Virus record (IMG/VR): IMGVR_UViG_3300028840_001395
Span: 248,001 to 312,000 of that record
Strand: one strand, 5' to 3'
Length of the DNA: 64,000 nucleotides
Numbering within the stretch: position 1 is the first letter of the stretch; the number at the start of each line of letters is the position of its first letter. Position numbers and translations under genes: made by a program. Shown here piece by piece: positions 7,582 to 17,887 of this stretch. Below the pieces are notes generated by a model. That model saw only the letters and a program-made list of their open reading frames with translations, had not been told where the DNA came from and searched no databases.

Positions 7582-9095
7582 CAGATCACCTTCCCCCACG
7601 TCACCGGGTCCTGGTAGGGGACAGAGGCCCAGGGCTGCCAGGTGCCTCCCCAGTCGGTCGAGAAGTCGCCCAGTGCGCCCGTGGGTGCGAAATTGGTCGA
7701 GGGGCGGTTGACCGTCCGGCCCTTCTGAATCCGGAGGCCACCCCCGGCATTCCCGGCCCCGGTCACGGCCCCGGTCCGCTCGAAATACATGTCCGAGGCA
7801 CAGCGGATGGCGTCCCGCCCACAGTTCTTGATCTCAAACGGCCCGTAGAAGCGGGCGATGCCTGCCACGTCGTAGTAGAGGCCGTCTCTTGCCGCTCCAT
7901 CGATGGTGATTGGTCCCCGGAAGTGCGAGTAGGTGGCGTCGGCCACGCTGCCCTCGTGGCTCACACCGATCCCCTGGATGTAGCTCGATTGGATGAAGGT
8001 GTTTCCTGTCAGCCAGATGTCCCAGATGGTCGGGACAGTGACCTCTATCAGACAACCTGTAATCCCGGCACCCAGGGATTCGTTGGAAAGCGCCAGAACA
8101 GTCGAGGGGGTGTCCTTGGCATAGCAGCCGTTCATCTGAGCGCCGGGAGCGGTAACGCCTCCGGAAGCGTTCTCGAAACGACAGCCGACGAGATACATGA
8201 AGTTGTCGCCCGTTGCCGGACGCCAGGTGGCCGGAGGAGTGACGGGGGCGAACTCCACGTCGGAGATGGTCATGCTGCTCTCGGCACGCGAGTTGTACAC
8301 GCCCCAGTTGGAAGCCAGGAACAGCTTGGTGGCCGGACGGTAGAACGTGATCTCACTGGTCGCGTCTGGGCGGTCGCCCCAGATGAAGTAGGGGCCTCCC
8401 AACACGTCCACCCAGTCAGAGCCGTTGTTGATCACGACCCCGACGTAGTAGGCGTTCGGGTCAGACCCCTGGCCCGCCGTGACCCGCCACTGGAGTCCTC
8501 GGAGGGAATCCACGGCCCAGCCGGGGTCAGGGGCGAACGTGATTCTGCGAGGCGTATCCGTAGCCGACACTACGGTGCCGGGAGGCATCACCTGGATGAT
8601 CTCTCGGGTTCCCTCGATGTTGAGGTCAACGAAGGTGTTGAACCGGACATCATCCGCACTCTCGTCCCACTGGCCTGCCCCGACATGGATGGTTATGGAC
8701 TGGCTGATAGTCGGATCGGGGATGTTCGGGATCAGTTCCATCAGCCGCTTGAAGGTCAACACGGGGTTTCCCACGGAGCCGTCGTTGCCATCGTCGCCCG
8801 TCTTGTCCACGTAGAGGTCGGTCATCGTCTGGGTGACAGGAGCGGAGAGCAAGACCGCCGTCAGGTAGCCATTCTGGATAAATGTGGCGATGACCCCCGA
8901 CTGGTAGCTCATGGCCACGTCATCGGTGAACACCAGGTCAATGAACCCGCTGACCGGCACGTACACGGGGCCGGGCTTCCGAACACCGGAGCCTCTGGGG
9001 CCATCCAGCCCGTCCACCAGGTCGGTGATCAAGATCGAAGTCTGGGACAACCCCGTGTGGGTCAGTCGGAGCGTCTGCTGGTTCAACGTGGCCAC
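7581..9095 (-). CDS. Fibre/spike-like protein, family A (LRLTHTG N-domain plus beta-helix)
   Basis: Shared ~80-aa N-terminus; LYVDKTGDDGNDGS..PVLTF beta-helix cap motif. Confidence 0.65.
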   Translation of the reverse strand: MATLNQQTLRLTHTGLSQTSILITDLVDGLDGPRGSGVRKPGPVYVPVSGFIDLVFTDDVAMSYQSGVIATFIQNGYLTAVLLSAPVTQTMTDLYVDKTGDDGNDGSVGNPVLTFKRLMELIPNIPDPTISQSITIHVGAGQWDESADDVRFNTFVDLNIEGTREIIQVMPPGTVVSATDTPRRITFAPDPGWAVDSLRGLQWRVTAGQGSDPNAYYVGVVINNGSDWVDVLGGPYFIWGDRPDATSEITFYRPATKLFLASNWGVYNSRAESSMTISDVEFAPVTPPATWRPATGDNFMYLVGCRFENASGGVTAPGAQMNGCYAKDTPSTVLALSNESLGAGITGCLIEVTVPTIWDIWLTGNTFIQSSYIQGIGVSHEGSVADATYSHFRGPITIDGAARDGLYYDVAGIARFYGPFEIKNCGRDAIRCASDMYFERTGAVTGAGNAGGGLRIQKGRTVNRPSTNFAPTGALGDFSTDWGGTWQPWASVPYQDPVTWGKVI

Positions 9096-9104
9096 AGGGT
9101 ATTC

Positions 9105-9263
9105 CTACGGGTCAATGGGCACGAAGTCGTTGCCCTTGCATGGCGGGGGAACTCCGATGCCGATCTGGAAGGGATCGTTGAGCAGGTCAATGTTGGCGGG
9201 ACACCCTACCTCCTCGCGGATGGCCTTCTTGCACCAATGACAGCGCTTCTTCTTCTCATTCAT
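9105..9263 (-). CDS. Small Cys4 protein coupled to fibre gene
   Basis: CHWC...CP...PPPCKGNDFVP; paralog of 7414..7581. Confidence 0.6.
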   Translation of the reverse strand: MNEKKKRCHWCKKAIREEVGCPANIDLLNDPFQIGIGVPPPCKGNDFVPIDP

Positions 9264-10798
9264 CAAAGCACCCCCGCGAGTGTGGCCGGGTTGACCAAGG
9301 GCACCGCAGCCCAGGCATTCCATACGGCTCCGCCGTCAATGGAGAAGTCACCCGACCCTCCTGTGACCACGAAGTTGGCGTTGGGCCGCTTGAATGTTAC
9401 ACCAGAGAAGATTTTGAGCCCACCCTGATTGCCCGTTCCGGACACACGCGCTCCCCCAGCAATAGCCATAGACACCGAGACATGAAAGGCAGCACCAGAG
9501 CAGTTCTCGATGACGTGTCCGTGGTGGCCCTCCAGATACATGCTGAACGCTCGGGTCGTCGTGCAATGGATGCCGTTTTGAGCACCATCGATGCGATTGG
9601 ATCCGGTGCTCGACTGGTACATCACGTAGCATTCCTTGCGATGAGGCACCAGTCGCACCTTGTTGAACACGCAGTTGCCGATGGTCATGTTCCCGGCCAT
9701 GTAGAACGCTGTCGGGGATGCAGCATCGAACAAGCATCCTTGAAAGCTGCTTGTGCCCGTAGGGGCACTTCCCTGCCAGTGCGGGACCTTGGCGTTCGGA
9801 TAATAACAGCCGATAGACGATACAGCATCATCTGCAAAGAGCGTGGCCCAAGGGCCTGGCTCTACACGACACCCGTATAGATCAAGGGGACTGTTGGTTG
9901 ACGTAACCGTATAACCGAAGCCTCCCAAGGTGCAGTTGAATACCCGTATCTTGCCAGCGAGACGCTCGATGGGCAGCGCAACCCAGTTCCCGAGGTGCAA
10001 CTGAGTGGCTGGCTCCTGTATGGTCACCTCACTCGTGTTGTCGAGTGGCGACCACTGCCAGCTCCAACCTCCCAGAACCTCGATCCAGTCGGCCCCGTTG
10101 GCTTCAATGACTCCGATGGAGTATTCACTGAAGGAACCTGACCCCGCTGTCACCATCCACTGCTTGCCGACGAGGGCACCCGGCGTCCACCCCGGATTCG
10201 GAGCGAACGTGATCCGACGAGGAGACACGTCTGGGGCCGACACGACTGAGCCGGGAGGCATCACAGCGATAGTGCTCGCCGTGCCCCTGATATCCACGGC
10301 GTAGGGCGTCCTGATGGGAGGGCCGTATTCTTCCCACACTCCAGGTCCGAAGTGAACCCGAACCACATGGTCCCATGCTTCTTCACCGAGAGGGTTGAGC
10401 GGGCTTCTGATGAGGGGGATGAGTTCCAGAGCACGTCCGAATGTCAGAACAGGCGCGGTCTGGGAACCGTCGTTGGCGTCGTTTCCGGTCTTGTCCACGT
10501 AGATGTCCACGTAGCCCGTGTCCGGCCCGACAAGAGGGCTTTCGCCCGAACTGATCAGGAATTCATGGGTCAGGTGTCCTGCCGAGATGAAACCCGCGAT
10601 GGAGCCGGACTTGAACGAGAGGGCCACGTCGTCCGTGTAGCTCAACTCGATGGTCTGCCCCACGGCGATGTAGAGCGGCCCCGACTTCCGAGGGGTACCA
10701 TAGCGCCCGTCGATGCCGTCCACCAGGTCATCCAGGAAGATGGACGACGCCGAGAGGCCCGTGTGGGTCAGACGCAGAATGATGGGTTCCGTGGGCAT
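9263..10798 (-). CDS. Fibre/spike-like protein, family A
   Basis: Full-length paralog of 7581..9095 (IYVDKTGNDANDGS, RRITFAPNPGW). Confidence 0.65.
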   Translation of the reverse strand: MPTEPIILRLTHTGLSASSIFLDDLVDGIDGRYGTPRKSGPLYIAVGQTIELSYTDDVALSFKSGSIAGFISAGHLTHEFLISSGESPLVGPDTGYVDIYVDKTGNDANDGSQTAPVLTFGRALELIPLIRSPLNPLGEEAWDHVVRVHFGPGVWEEYGPPIRTPYAVDIRGTASTIAVMPPGSVVSAPDVSPRRITFAPNPGWTPGALVGKQWMVTAGSGSFSEYSIGVIEANGADWIEVLGGWSWQWSPLDNTSEVTIQEPATQLHLGNWVALPIERLAGKIRVFNCTLGGFGYTVTSTNSPLDLYGCRVEPGPWATLFADDAVSSIGCYYPNAKVPHWQGSAPTGTSSFQGCLFDAASPTAFYMAGNMTIGNCVFNKVRLVPHRKECYVMYQSSTGSNRIDGAQNGIHCTTTRAFSMYLEGHHGHVIENCSGAAFHVSVSMAIAGGARVSGTGNQGGLKIFSGVTFKRPNANFVVTGGSGDFSIDGGAVWNAWAAVPLVNPATLAGVL

Positions 10799-10831
10799 AC
10801 CCGTGCCTCCAGGCTCTTACCCATGCGTCCC

Positions 10832-10847
10832 TATGAAGGAATTACCG
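10832..10847 (-). promoter_or_regulatory. Class II (putative late) promoter CGGTAA-N6-CATA
   Basis: Variant of CRRTAG-N6-TAT upstream of 10798. Confidence 0.5.
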
Positions 10848-10850
10848 AGA

Positions 10851-11387
10851 TCAGGCGGCGAGGTCGTCCTCGACATAGTGACGATGGAACTTGTCCTCGG
10901 TGGCACAAAGCTCCAGAAGATCCTCGGGGTCGGTTGTCTCGCGGTCGAGTTGCCGAACACGCGGAATCTGTATTGCTTCCGTGGCCTTGAGTCCCATGAT
11001 AACAGCCTCGGAGCAGAATAGACGCTTGGAGTCGCGGAAGGGATTCTTGCGCTTGATGTTGAACCAGCGCAAGAAAAGCACCCAGAGAAAGCCCAGGATT
11101 CCCTCGAAATCGTAGCGGGTTCCGAGCCAGTCGGCCACGAACTGGAGGCCCGGTTGGAGGTCATAGTCGCAGGCGTACATGGCGACGAGCTTGTTGTGGC
11201 TGGTGAACTGCTTCCAGGTCTCCACGTTGTAGCCGATTCTGGTCGCGTGCATCACCAGCGTCTTGTCCAGCGTCTCATCCCGGAAGCTGAACCAGGTGTG
11301 GCTCACTTTCGACCGGGTGAAGAACCGGATGAGCCGGGAAGAGATGGCGTTGGTCGTGCTGAAACCTACTCGGACTTCAGGTTCCAT
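10851..11387 (-). CDS. Permuted papain-like amidase (YaeF/YiiX, C92 family)
   Basis: SRLIRFFTRSKVSH, LGTRYDF and LFCSEAV motifs (His before Cys); start MEPEVRVGFS. Confidence 0.75.
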   Translation of the reverse strand: MEPEVRVGFSTTNAISSRLIRFFTRSKVSHTWFSFRDETLDKTLVMHATRIGYNVETWKQFTSHNKLVAMYACDYDLQPGLQFVADWLGTRYDFEGILGFLWVLFLRWFNIKRKNPFRDSKRLFCSEAVIMGLKATEAIQIPRVRQLDRETTDPEDLLELCATEDKFHRHYVEDDLAA

Positions 11388-12289
11388 CAGTCGCCCTTGT
11401 CCTTGCCCGTGATGAGCACGAACACGGCCTTGATGGTGTTGCCCGACCTGTTGTGGAGGGTCACCCGGAGGGTCCACTGGCGGAGCAGGCTGGAGGGCTT
11501 GATGTTCGGGTCGTGGATCTTCTGGGCACCCGAATCCCAGATAGGGAACTCATCGATGTGCTCGGCCAGCCGGATGTCCACATCGAACAGGTTGTATTCC
11601 CCTGTCTGGCTGTAGTTCGGGGTCACGTCCCCGCCGGAGTCAATGTCCCACCAGCCGTCGTTGTCGCTGGCGGGCACGGGAACCGCCGTGGTGTAGTCCA
11701 CGTACTTGTCCCCTGCCGGGTTCGGGATAACGATGTTGAACCCCTGGCCGGTCGGATAGAGGACACAGTTGGCAGGCTGACCGACCGACCCCGGATTCTC
11801 GACCTCGGTGGCCAAGGCCCAGACCTCGAAGTCCACGGAGTCCTCGAAGCCTCCGCCGTCCCACTTGATCATGCCGCCCGCGAGCATCAGGTCGCAGTTG
11901 AAGTGGGCGTCCAGAACCTTGTCCTCGATGTCGCTACTCTCGATGCGGAAATGTGTGTCCTCGTCATCGACACCCGTGATGTAGAGCAGCTTGCCCGGCC
12001 CGTAGCTGTTGATCTGGATGATGGGCCGACCATCGGAGGTCTCGGCAGTTACGGGGTCAGGGAGGGGTTCGCCACTGTGGGCCTCTACGATGTCATCAAG
12101 CTCACCCTCCCCGACCGACGAGGGGATGGCGTCCTTGAACCAGATGTTGCAGTCGTCACCCTCGGTCTCGATGTAGTCCAGGGCTACCGTGATGGGACTC
12201 GCCAGAATCTCCATCGTGAGGCGATTGATGTCAACCTTGTGGTTGGGGAAGTCGTTGTTGATGCTGTAGGTGTAGTCGGTGGCAGCCAT
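11387..12289 (-). CDS. Putative structural protein, family C
   Basis: N-terminus MAATDYTYSINNDFPNHKVD...AHSGEPLPDP shared with 12289..13050. Confidence 0.6.
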   Translation of the reverse strand: MAATDYTYSINNDFPNHKVDINRLTMEILASPITVALDYIETEGDDCNIWFKDAIPSSVGEGELDDIVEAHSGEPLPDPVTAETSDGRPIIQINSYGPGKLLYITGVDDEDTHFRIESSDIEDKVLDAHFNCDLMLAGGMIKWDGGGFEDSVDFEVWALATEVENPGSVGQPANCVLYPTGQGFNIVIPNPAGDKYVDYTTAVPVPASDNDGWWDIDSGGDVTPNYSQTGEYNLFDVDIRLAEHIDEFPIWDSGAQKIHDPNIKPSSLLRQWTLRVTLHNRSGNTIKAVFVLITGKDKGD

Positions 12290-13050
12290 CAGGAATTCCT
12301 CCGAATCTCAATCCGGGCACGACGGATGGTGACCGTATCTCCATAGAGGGAGGCATAGCGGATCTTGACCGTCTGCGTTCCCGAAGTCATGTTGATGTCC
12401 ACATAGGCTGTCACTGGCTGATACTTCGTGGTCATACCCTCCAAGCTGTTGACCTCCACCCCGTTGACCTCAAAGACCACCTTGACCCCAGGCTCGATGG
12501 TGACATTCCTGATCTTTTTCTTCTTTTTCAGCGTCGTCGCCATCTCACAGGAGAACTCAATGCGGTAGTTGCCAGTGGGCTGGTGACCCGCCCAGACTGC
12601 CTTGTCCTGAAGTGTCGTGCTGTTGGTGGACGACGACTCCTCCACGTCGGCCCGCTCGACGTTCTCGGCAGCGATGCGCCAGATGGCGGCACCCACCGTG
12701 CCGTCGAGACACGTCCAAGTGTTCAAGTCCACCGTGTTGAACCAGCACGAGCCGACCCCGAAGCCCCAGGAGTTGTCGTCGTTGACCGTGGGGTCGCGGT
12801 CGGTGCGGTTGCACTGGGGGTCGGGCATCGGCTCGCCCGAGTGGACGGCCACAAGACCGTCGAGGGTGGTCTTGTCTCCGGCGGAGAGGGCGTCCACGAA
12901 CCAGATATCACAGTCGTCATCCACAGTGTTGATGTGGCTCAGGGCAGTCGAGATGCTGCTGTAGTCGATCTCACGGGACAGCCGGGTCGAATCAACCTTG
13001 TGGTTGGGAAAGTCGCCCGAGATGCTGTAGGTGTATTTGGTCGCAGCCAT
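12289..13050 (-). CDS. Putative structural/fibre protein, family C
   Basis: Shared N-domain; DPTVNDDNSWGFGVGSCWFNT fibre module; beta-rich C-terminus. Confidence 0.6.
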   Translation of the reverse strand: MAATKYTYSISGDFPNHKVDSTRLSREIDYSSISTALSHINTVDDDCDIWFVDALSAGDKTTLDGLVAVHSGEPMPDPQCNRTDRDPTVNDDNSWGFGVGSCWFNTVDLNTWTCLDGTVGAAIWRIAAENVERADVEESSSTNSTTLQDKAVWAGHQPTGNYRIEFSCEMATTLKKKKKIRNVTIEPGVKVVFEVNGVEVNSLEGMTTKYQPVTAYVDINMTSGTQTVKIRYASLYGDTVTIRRARIEIRRNS

Positions 13051-13850
13051 CAGAGCACCTGCACAATGGTCATGTGACGATTCTGGAAGCGCATCGTCGG
13101 GGGCGGGTTGCCCGTGTCACGACGCCAGCGCATGTCAATGGCCTCGCCGTCGCCCACTGTGACCAGGACACCCGTGAGGGCGAAGGGGGTATAGGCATCG
13201 GCCTCACCAGGCTGGAACTCGACCTCGGTAAAGGCGACCTGTGTCCCCCCCGTGTAGACGCTGACCCACATGTTCCGGTTCTTCACGCTCAGGTTGATGG
13301 AACCACCTGCGAAGACCATGTAGGTCCCCGCGCCCGGCGTGTAGGTCAGCCCCGAGATGAGGGTATCTGTGGTCGCGGTCGAAGTGGTGACACCCGTGAA
13401 GGAAAGCTGCGTCGAGAACTGGGTCACTTCCTCCAAGAAGTTGACCCGCTTGGCCTTCTTCTTGTTGTTCGAGTCCTCACTGTCCTCGATGAGCATCCAG
13501 TCATCATCGACTACATCGGTCTTCTCGGTGATAGCTGCGATCTCGCCATCCACGTTGTCGTGGATGGCATGTCCAGCCAGAACCTTCTCCGCACCAGTGA
13601 ACTGGGTCGTCATGAAGACGCCAGGGGCCAAGACCTGGAGGACACCCGTCTGAGCACTTGAAAGCTCTACCGTGAACTTGTTTTTAGGATCAGCCTCATC
13701 AGATACAATGTCTGTGATCAGGTCAGCCCGAACCACATCATCGACAATGACCTGCACACCCAGGTTTTCGCGGTCAAGGTTGTGCGTGACCTCAATCGAG
13801 GACGAGCTGCTAAATGACTGCTTGTGGAGAAGATTGAGTACATTAGCCAT
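13050..13850 (-). CDS. Putative structural/fibre protein
   Basis: VTHNL..ENLGVQV fibre-type module; beta-sandwich-like C-terminus. Confidence 0.55.
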   Translation of the reverse strand: MANVLNLLHKQSFSSSSSIEVTHNLDRENLGVQVIVDDVVRADLITDIVSDEADPKNKFTVELSSAQTGVLQVLAPGVFMTTQFTGAEKVLAGHAIHDNVDGEIAAITEKTDVVDDDWMLIEDSEDSNNKKKAKRVNFLEEVTQFSTQLSFTGVTTSTATTDTLISGLTYTPGAGTYMVFAGGSINLSVKNRNMWVSVYTGGTQVAFTEVEFQPGEADAYTPFALTGVLVTVGDGEAIDMRWRRDTGNPPPTMRFQNRHMTIVQVL

Positions 13851-16800
13851 TTGGCAGCCGCTCCCCGAGAGTCCACTTCACGCCCTCGATATCAGCCGTC
13901 CAGACCAACATGTCCTTGTTTCCAGTGCCGTCGTCATCCAGCTCGACCCGGATCAACAGCATGTCGCCTTCGTAGTAGTCGCTGATGTCAATATCGTCAC
14001 TGGTGATGGAGATGATCTTGTTACTGGTGTCGAACTGAGCCGACACGGTAGTAGTTTGCGCCGCCTTGGCGGTCAAGGTCTCAGTGTTGGCCACCGTGCG
14101 CGCTACTGGAGTGAGTCCTCCTGTAGGATCTGCTTCCAGCACTCCCGCGATCTCAACAGGCAACACACTCATGATGACACTGCCGTCAGTACTCGCGCCA
14201 GAGGTAGTCACCGAGAAAGTGACGCTTACCTGAAGGGAGCAACTCGTACACGCCCCCTTGGGAATCCGACTCTGGAAATAGATCGCATCCCCATTACCGT
14301 TGAAGATGCTGTTCTTGACAGCATGATTCCAGCCCGTAGGAAGCCCACCACTACCGACCGCCAAGGACCCGCTTGTGACACCGCCGGACTCACCAAAGAT
14401 GTTTCCACCTGACAGCAGAGAATCCTTGTAGCGGGCCAAGCCATACATCGCCAGAAGACCACGCCCCGTGGTCCGCAGACGACTCGTGCCAAGCTGAAGT
14501 TGTTCAAATACTGGAGCCGTAGTCAGTGCATTTGTGACACGCACCCGAAGCCAGTAAAGATTCTTGCTGCTGATGGTCTTCTTCGTCCAGTCATCCTGCA
14601 ATGGGTAGAAGATGTCTTCATTACTGTTGGCCCGGATGAACAGTTCGTTGGCGTAACGGTAAAGATCCTCGACGGACGTTGCCATCACCGGCAGTTCAGC
14701 CCAGGCAGCCCCGTCCCAGTATTCCAGAGCGAAGCTCTTGGTCGTTGCCTCTACGGCTGCTGTGGTCTGGAAGAATCGGAGAGATGCCGTCTTGAGAACA
14801 TCGCTGGCATCGGCCCTTTCGGTCCCGATGAGGATGGTGTGGTTCGCCCCGGTTCCCTGGAAGGTGAACGTGCTTCCGCTGGGGCTGGCTGCGTCCTCCG
14901 AAACATCGGTGAGGTTTCCGCCGTCTGTGGTGCTGGTCGCCGTGCTGTCAGTGGTGATGACCACCATGTCTCTGGTGTAAGGTGCCCCCTCACCAGCATT
15001 CATGTCATTTGCACTCTCTGGGAGGCCAATGGAAAGCGCACCCGCGATGGTTTGCCCATCTTCTACAGTGCTCTCAGGGTCGAAATAGGTGGCGTTGAAA
15101 GTCGCCCCAGGCTCTACACTGATATACTCGTCCCTGAAAATTCCAGTCACGGACAAGACTGCGGAAGCGCTTTCGACCAACAGATCGTAGGCTGTGCTCC
15201 CACGACAGGTTACCGCATTTCCCTCAATGGTGGAGCCGCTTCCGGTGCTTCCGATGCGAACGGCGTTGGTGCAGTTTTCCTGTGTGACGTTGTGGGGGTA
15301 GATGATGCCCCCATCGTCGGCGTAGAGGCCGTTGGTGTTGTTCTGGCCCCCGCTGTTGTGAACCCAGATAGTGCCACCATCAGCGTAGAATGCGTTGGTG
15401 GCGTGCTGGAGTACATTGGAGCAGTCGATGCGACCACTGTTCTCGGCCAGAAGGCCGTTCGTCACACCAGGGAATGTCTTGCATTCCTCGGCCAGCAATC
15501 CACTGCCGCTGCCTGTGCAGTGGATTGCAGTCTGCCCGCTGACGAAGTTGCAGGCATTGAGTTGGACGTTGTTCACACCGCCCGCGACATAGACCGCAGC
15601 GTCGTTGGTCGGCCCGATGAAAGCAAAGCCGTCAAGGCCCGTGTTCGCCACGGGGGTGACCAGCGGGTTGTTGTTGTCTGTCGCCGCAATGAAAGCGGCA
15701 CCCGACGAATGGGATTGCAGGATGACGTACTGCTTCAGCGTCAGGGGGGCTTCGGCATAGACCCCTGCATAGACCACGATCTCGTAGGGCTTGTTCACAG
15801 AGGCGTCGGTGATCGAAGCTATGGCAGCCGCGATGGTGGTGAAGTCTCCGCCACTCTTGGCGACCGTGACCACCTGTGCAGGCTGAAGCTGGAGGCGCTC
15901 CCAGGTCGTGCCTACCGGGTAGTCCGCGTTGAGATACCAGTCGTTGTTGGTCGTGTCCCGGCACTTCTGACCGAACACGCCGTTCACCGCCCCGTCCGGG
16001 CTTCCGGCGTTGACGATGGACGCCGCACCGTACCGGGTGCTGGTGTCCGCATCCGTGATCCAGGTTGTCAGCCCGCTCTGGAAGATGTTGGGGCTGATCT
16101 CGTTCTCGTCACAGCCGCTGGCGTTGGCGATGCCCACCGTGGCGTTGTTGAGGATGTTGTTCTTGACGATATTCTGGTCGGCGTCAGCCAGGAGGGTGAT
16201 GCAACTATTGAAGCCCTGGGTGCCACCGTCCACGGTGTTGTTCGTGATGGTGTTACCCGTCGTGTCTCGGATGTACAACCCCTCGTTGTTGTTCGGGGTC
16301 GGAGACTGACACTCCACCACGCTGTTTGCGACGATGCTGTTGCCAGTCCCGCCGATCAGGGCGAGGCCGATGCCACCGTTGTTGTAGCCCACGTCACGGG
16401 CGCGGTTGTTGAAGATGGAGGAGGCGGAGCAGTCCACGAAGACGTAGCTCGTCTCCAGGTTGTACCTGATGACGTTGCCGAAGACGATGCTGTCGAAGAT
16501 CCCGTTGCCGTAGCCGTAGGTGCCCAGGGTGTTGTTACCGTCGAGGTGGACACCATCGACCCAGGCGTCGGTGCCATCGGTCGAGGACACGAGGTTGTTC
16601 AGACACAGGAAACGGCTGCTCTCTGCCGTGGTGGAGTCCGTGAACAGAATGCCGACCCGGAGGCTGGACTTGAGGGCCGTAGAGATGGCCTCGCAGCGTT
16701 CGACGTGGTTGTCGTCTCCGCCATTGACCTTGATGCCGTGGATGTTCGGCTCGACCGACACGTTGACGGCGTTCACATTGCAGTTATTGACCGGAGAGGT

Positions 16801-17862
16801 TCCGTCAGCCGCCCCGAGCTGCACAACGGCGTCGGCAGTGGTCGTCCCACCTACCCAGGTCGAGTTGAGCGCCCGGATGGTTGCCCCGTCGAGGCTCGAC
16901 AGGTGCGTGTCATCGTAGTTGATGAACACGTCGGTCGTGACATCGTGGGTGCCAGGCAGCAGCATGACCGTGCCACCACCGGCCTGTCCAACAGAATCCA
17001 GGGCAACCTGGATGCTCTCGCCCGGCGCGACGTAGAGGACGCCCTCGGGGATACCTGTCAGGGTGCCAGAGGTGCAGTCCACCCGAGCGGAGTCGTCCAT
17101 GTAGGGACTCTCCTGGGCGAACTGGAGGACGCCTGCGAAGTTCGTCCCGACGCAGATCCAGAACGGACTGGTGAAGGACGAGGCCGCATCGACCATCGTG
17201 CCGTTCTGGTCGGACTGGCCGCAGTAACGGAAGAACGTCGAGACGAATGCAGCCGGAGCCGTACAACCGAAGATGCTCTTACCCGTGTCGGGGGCGAAGT
17301 CGCACCCGATCAGGTCATTCCCACCCTCTACGACATCGAGCAACCAGTTCGGGGTGACCCCAGACGAAACGAGAAACTTGGTCCCCTCGAACTTGGTGCC
17401 GCCGATCTGGAGCTTGCCGCCGTTCTGGCATCTGACGACCGGGCGACCTTCTCCAACCGCGATGAATGCGGTTCCTCGGATGTCGATTGTGGTCGATACG
17501 TCGTGGTTGACGCCACCCTTGAGACAGAACACGGCCCCGCGTGAGCGCACCGCATCGGACAGGGCCTCTGCGATGGTCAGGTAGTCGCCGTTCCCGCCGG
17601 GATCGATCAGCGGGTGGAACCCTCGCTGTGGGTCATAGGCGGTGGTGAGGGGTTCCCACCCCCCGCCTCCGATAGACCCCTGGTCGTTGAACACTCGAAG
17701 GTGGAACTCGGTGGTGTTGAAGTAGAGCATCCCGTTCTGAGGGAAGCCCGTCCCGTCACCACTGGTGTCCCACTTGTCCGTCTGGATCTGGGTGTTGACA
17801 GCGGAGTCGCTGGCGAATTCACCGAGATAGTGAAGCTGCTCGTATGGAGTGGTCTGGCTCAT
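13843..17862 (-). CDS. Large tailspike/depolymerase-like protein (multiple right-handed beta-helix domains), family B
   Basis: 1339 aa; caps GDYLTIAEAL, PGESIQVALD..GGGTVMLLPGTH and VAKSGGDFTTIAAAI..VYAGVYAE; Asn ladders. Confidence 0.75.
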   Translation of the reverse strand: MSQTTPYEQLHYLGEFASDSAVNTQIQTDKWDTSGDGTGFPQNGMLYFNTTEFHLRVFNDQGSIGGGGWEPLTTAYDPQRGFHPLIDPGGNGDYLTIAEALSDAVRSRGAVFCLKGGVNHDVSTTIDIRGTAFIAVGEGRPVVRCQNGGKLQIGGTKFEGTKFLVSSGVTPNWLLDVVEGGNDLIGCDFAPDTGKSIFGCTAPAAFVSTFFRYCGQSDQNGTMVDAASSFTSPFWICVGTNFAGVLQFAQESPYMDDSARVDCTSGTLTGIPEGVLYVAPGESIQVALDSVGQAGGGTVMLLPGTHDVTTDVFINYDDTHLSSLDGATIRALNSTWVGGTTTADAVVQLGAADGTSPVNNCNVNAVNVSVEPNIHGIKVNGGDDNHVERCEAISTALKSSLRVGILFTDSTTAESSRFLCLNNLVSSTDGTDAWVDGVHLDGNNTLGTYGYGNGIFDSIVFGNVIRYNLETSYVFVDCSASSIFNNRARDVGYNNGGIGLALIGGTGNSIVANSVVECQSPTPNNNEGLYIRDTTGNTITNNTVDGGTQGFNSCITLLADADQNIVKNNILNNATVGIANASGCDENEISPNIFQSGLTTWITDADTSTRYGAASIVNAGSPDGAVNGVFGQKCRDTTNNDWYLNADYPVGTTWERLQLQPAQVVTVAKSGGDFTTIAAAIASITDASVNKPYEIVVYAGVYAEAPLTLKQYVILQSHSSGAAFIAATDNNNPLVTPVANTGLDGFAFIGPTNDAAVYVAGGVNNVQLNACNFVSGQTAIHCTGSGSGLLAEECKTFPGVTNGLLAENSGRIDCSNVLQHATNAFYADGGTIWVHNSGGQNNTNGLYADDGGIIYPHNVTQENCTNAVRIGSTGSGSTIEGNAVTCRGSTAYDLLVESASAVLSVTGIFRDEYISVEPGATFNATYFDPESTVEDGQTIAGALSIGLPESANDMNAGEGAPYTRDMVVITTDSTATSTTDGGNLTDVSEDAASPSGSTFTFQGTGANHTILIGTERADASDVLKTASLRFFQTTAAVEATTKSFALEYWDGAAWAELPVMATSVEDLYRYANELFIRANSNEDIFYPLQDDWTKKTISSKNLYWLRVRVTNALTTAPVFEQLQLGTSRLRTTGRGLLAMYGLARYKDSLLSGGNIFGESGGVTSGSLAVGSGGLPTGWNHAVKNSIFNGNGDAIYFQSRIPKGACTSCSLQVSVTFSVTTSGASTDGSVIMSVLPVEIAGVLEADPTGGLTPVARTVANTETLTAKAAQTTTVSAQFDTSNKIISITSDDIDISDYYEGDMLLIRVELDDDGTGNKDMLVWTADIEGVKWTLGERLPNG

Positions 17863-17887
17863 GTACCCTCTCGGGGCACTCTACCCG

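Noticed and set aside
14500-17544. 1014-aa plus-strand ORF and other long antisense ORFs (42552..44795, 48889..50781)
   Set aside because: Shadow frames of high-GC minus-strand genes with no recognisable motifs
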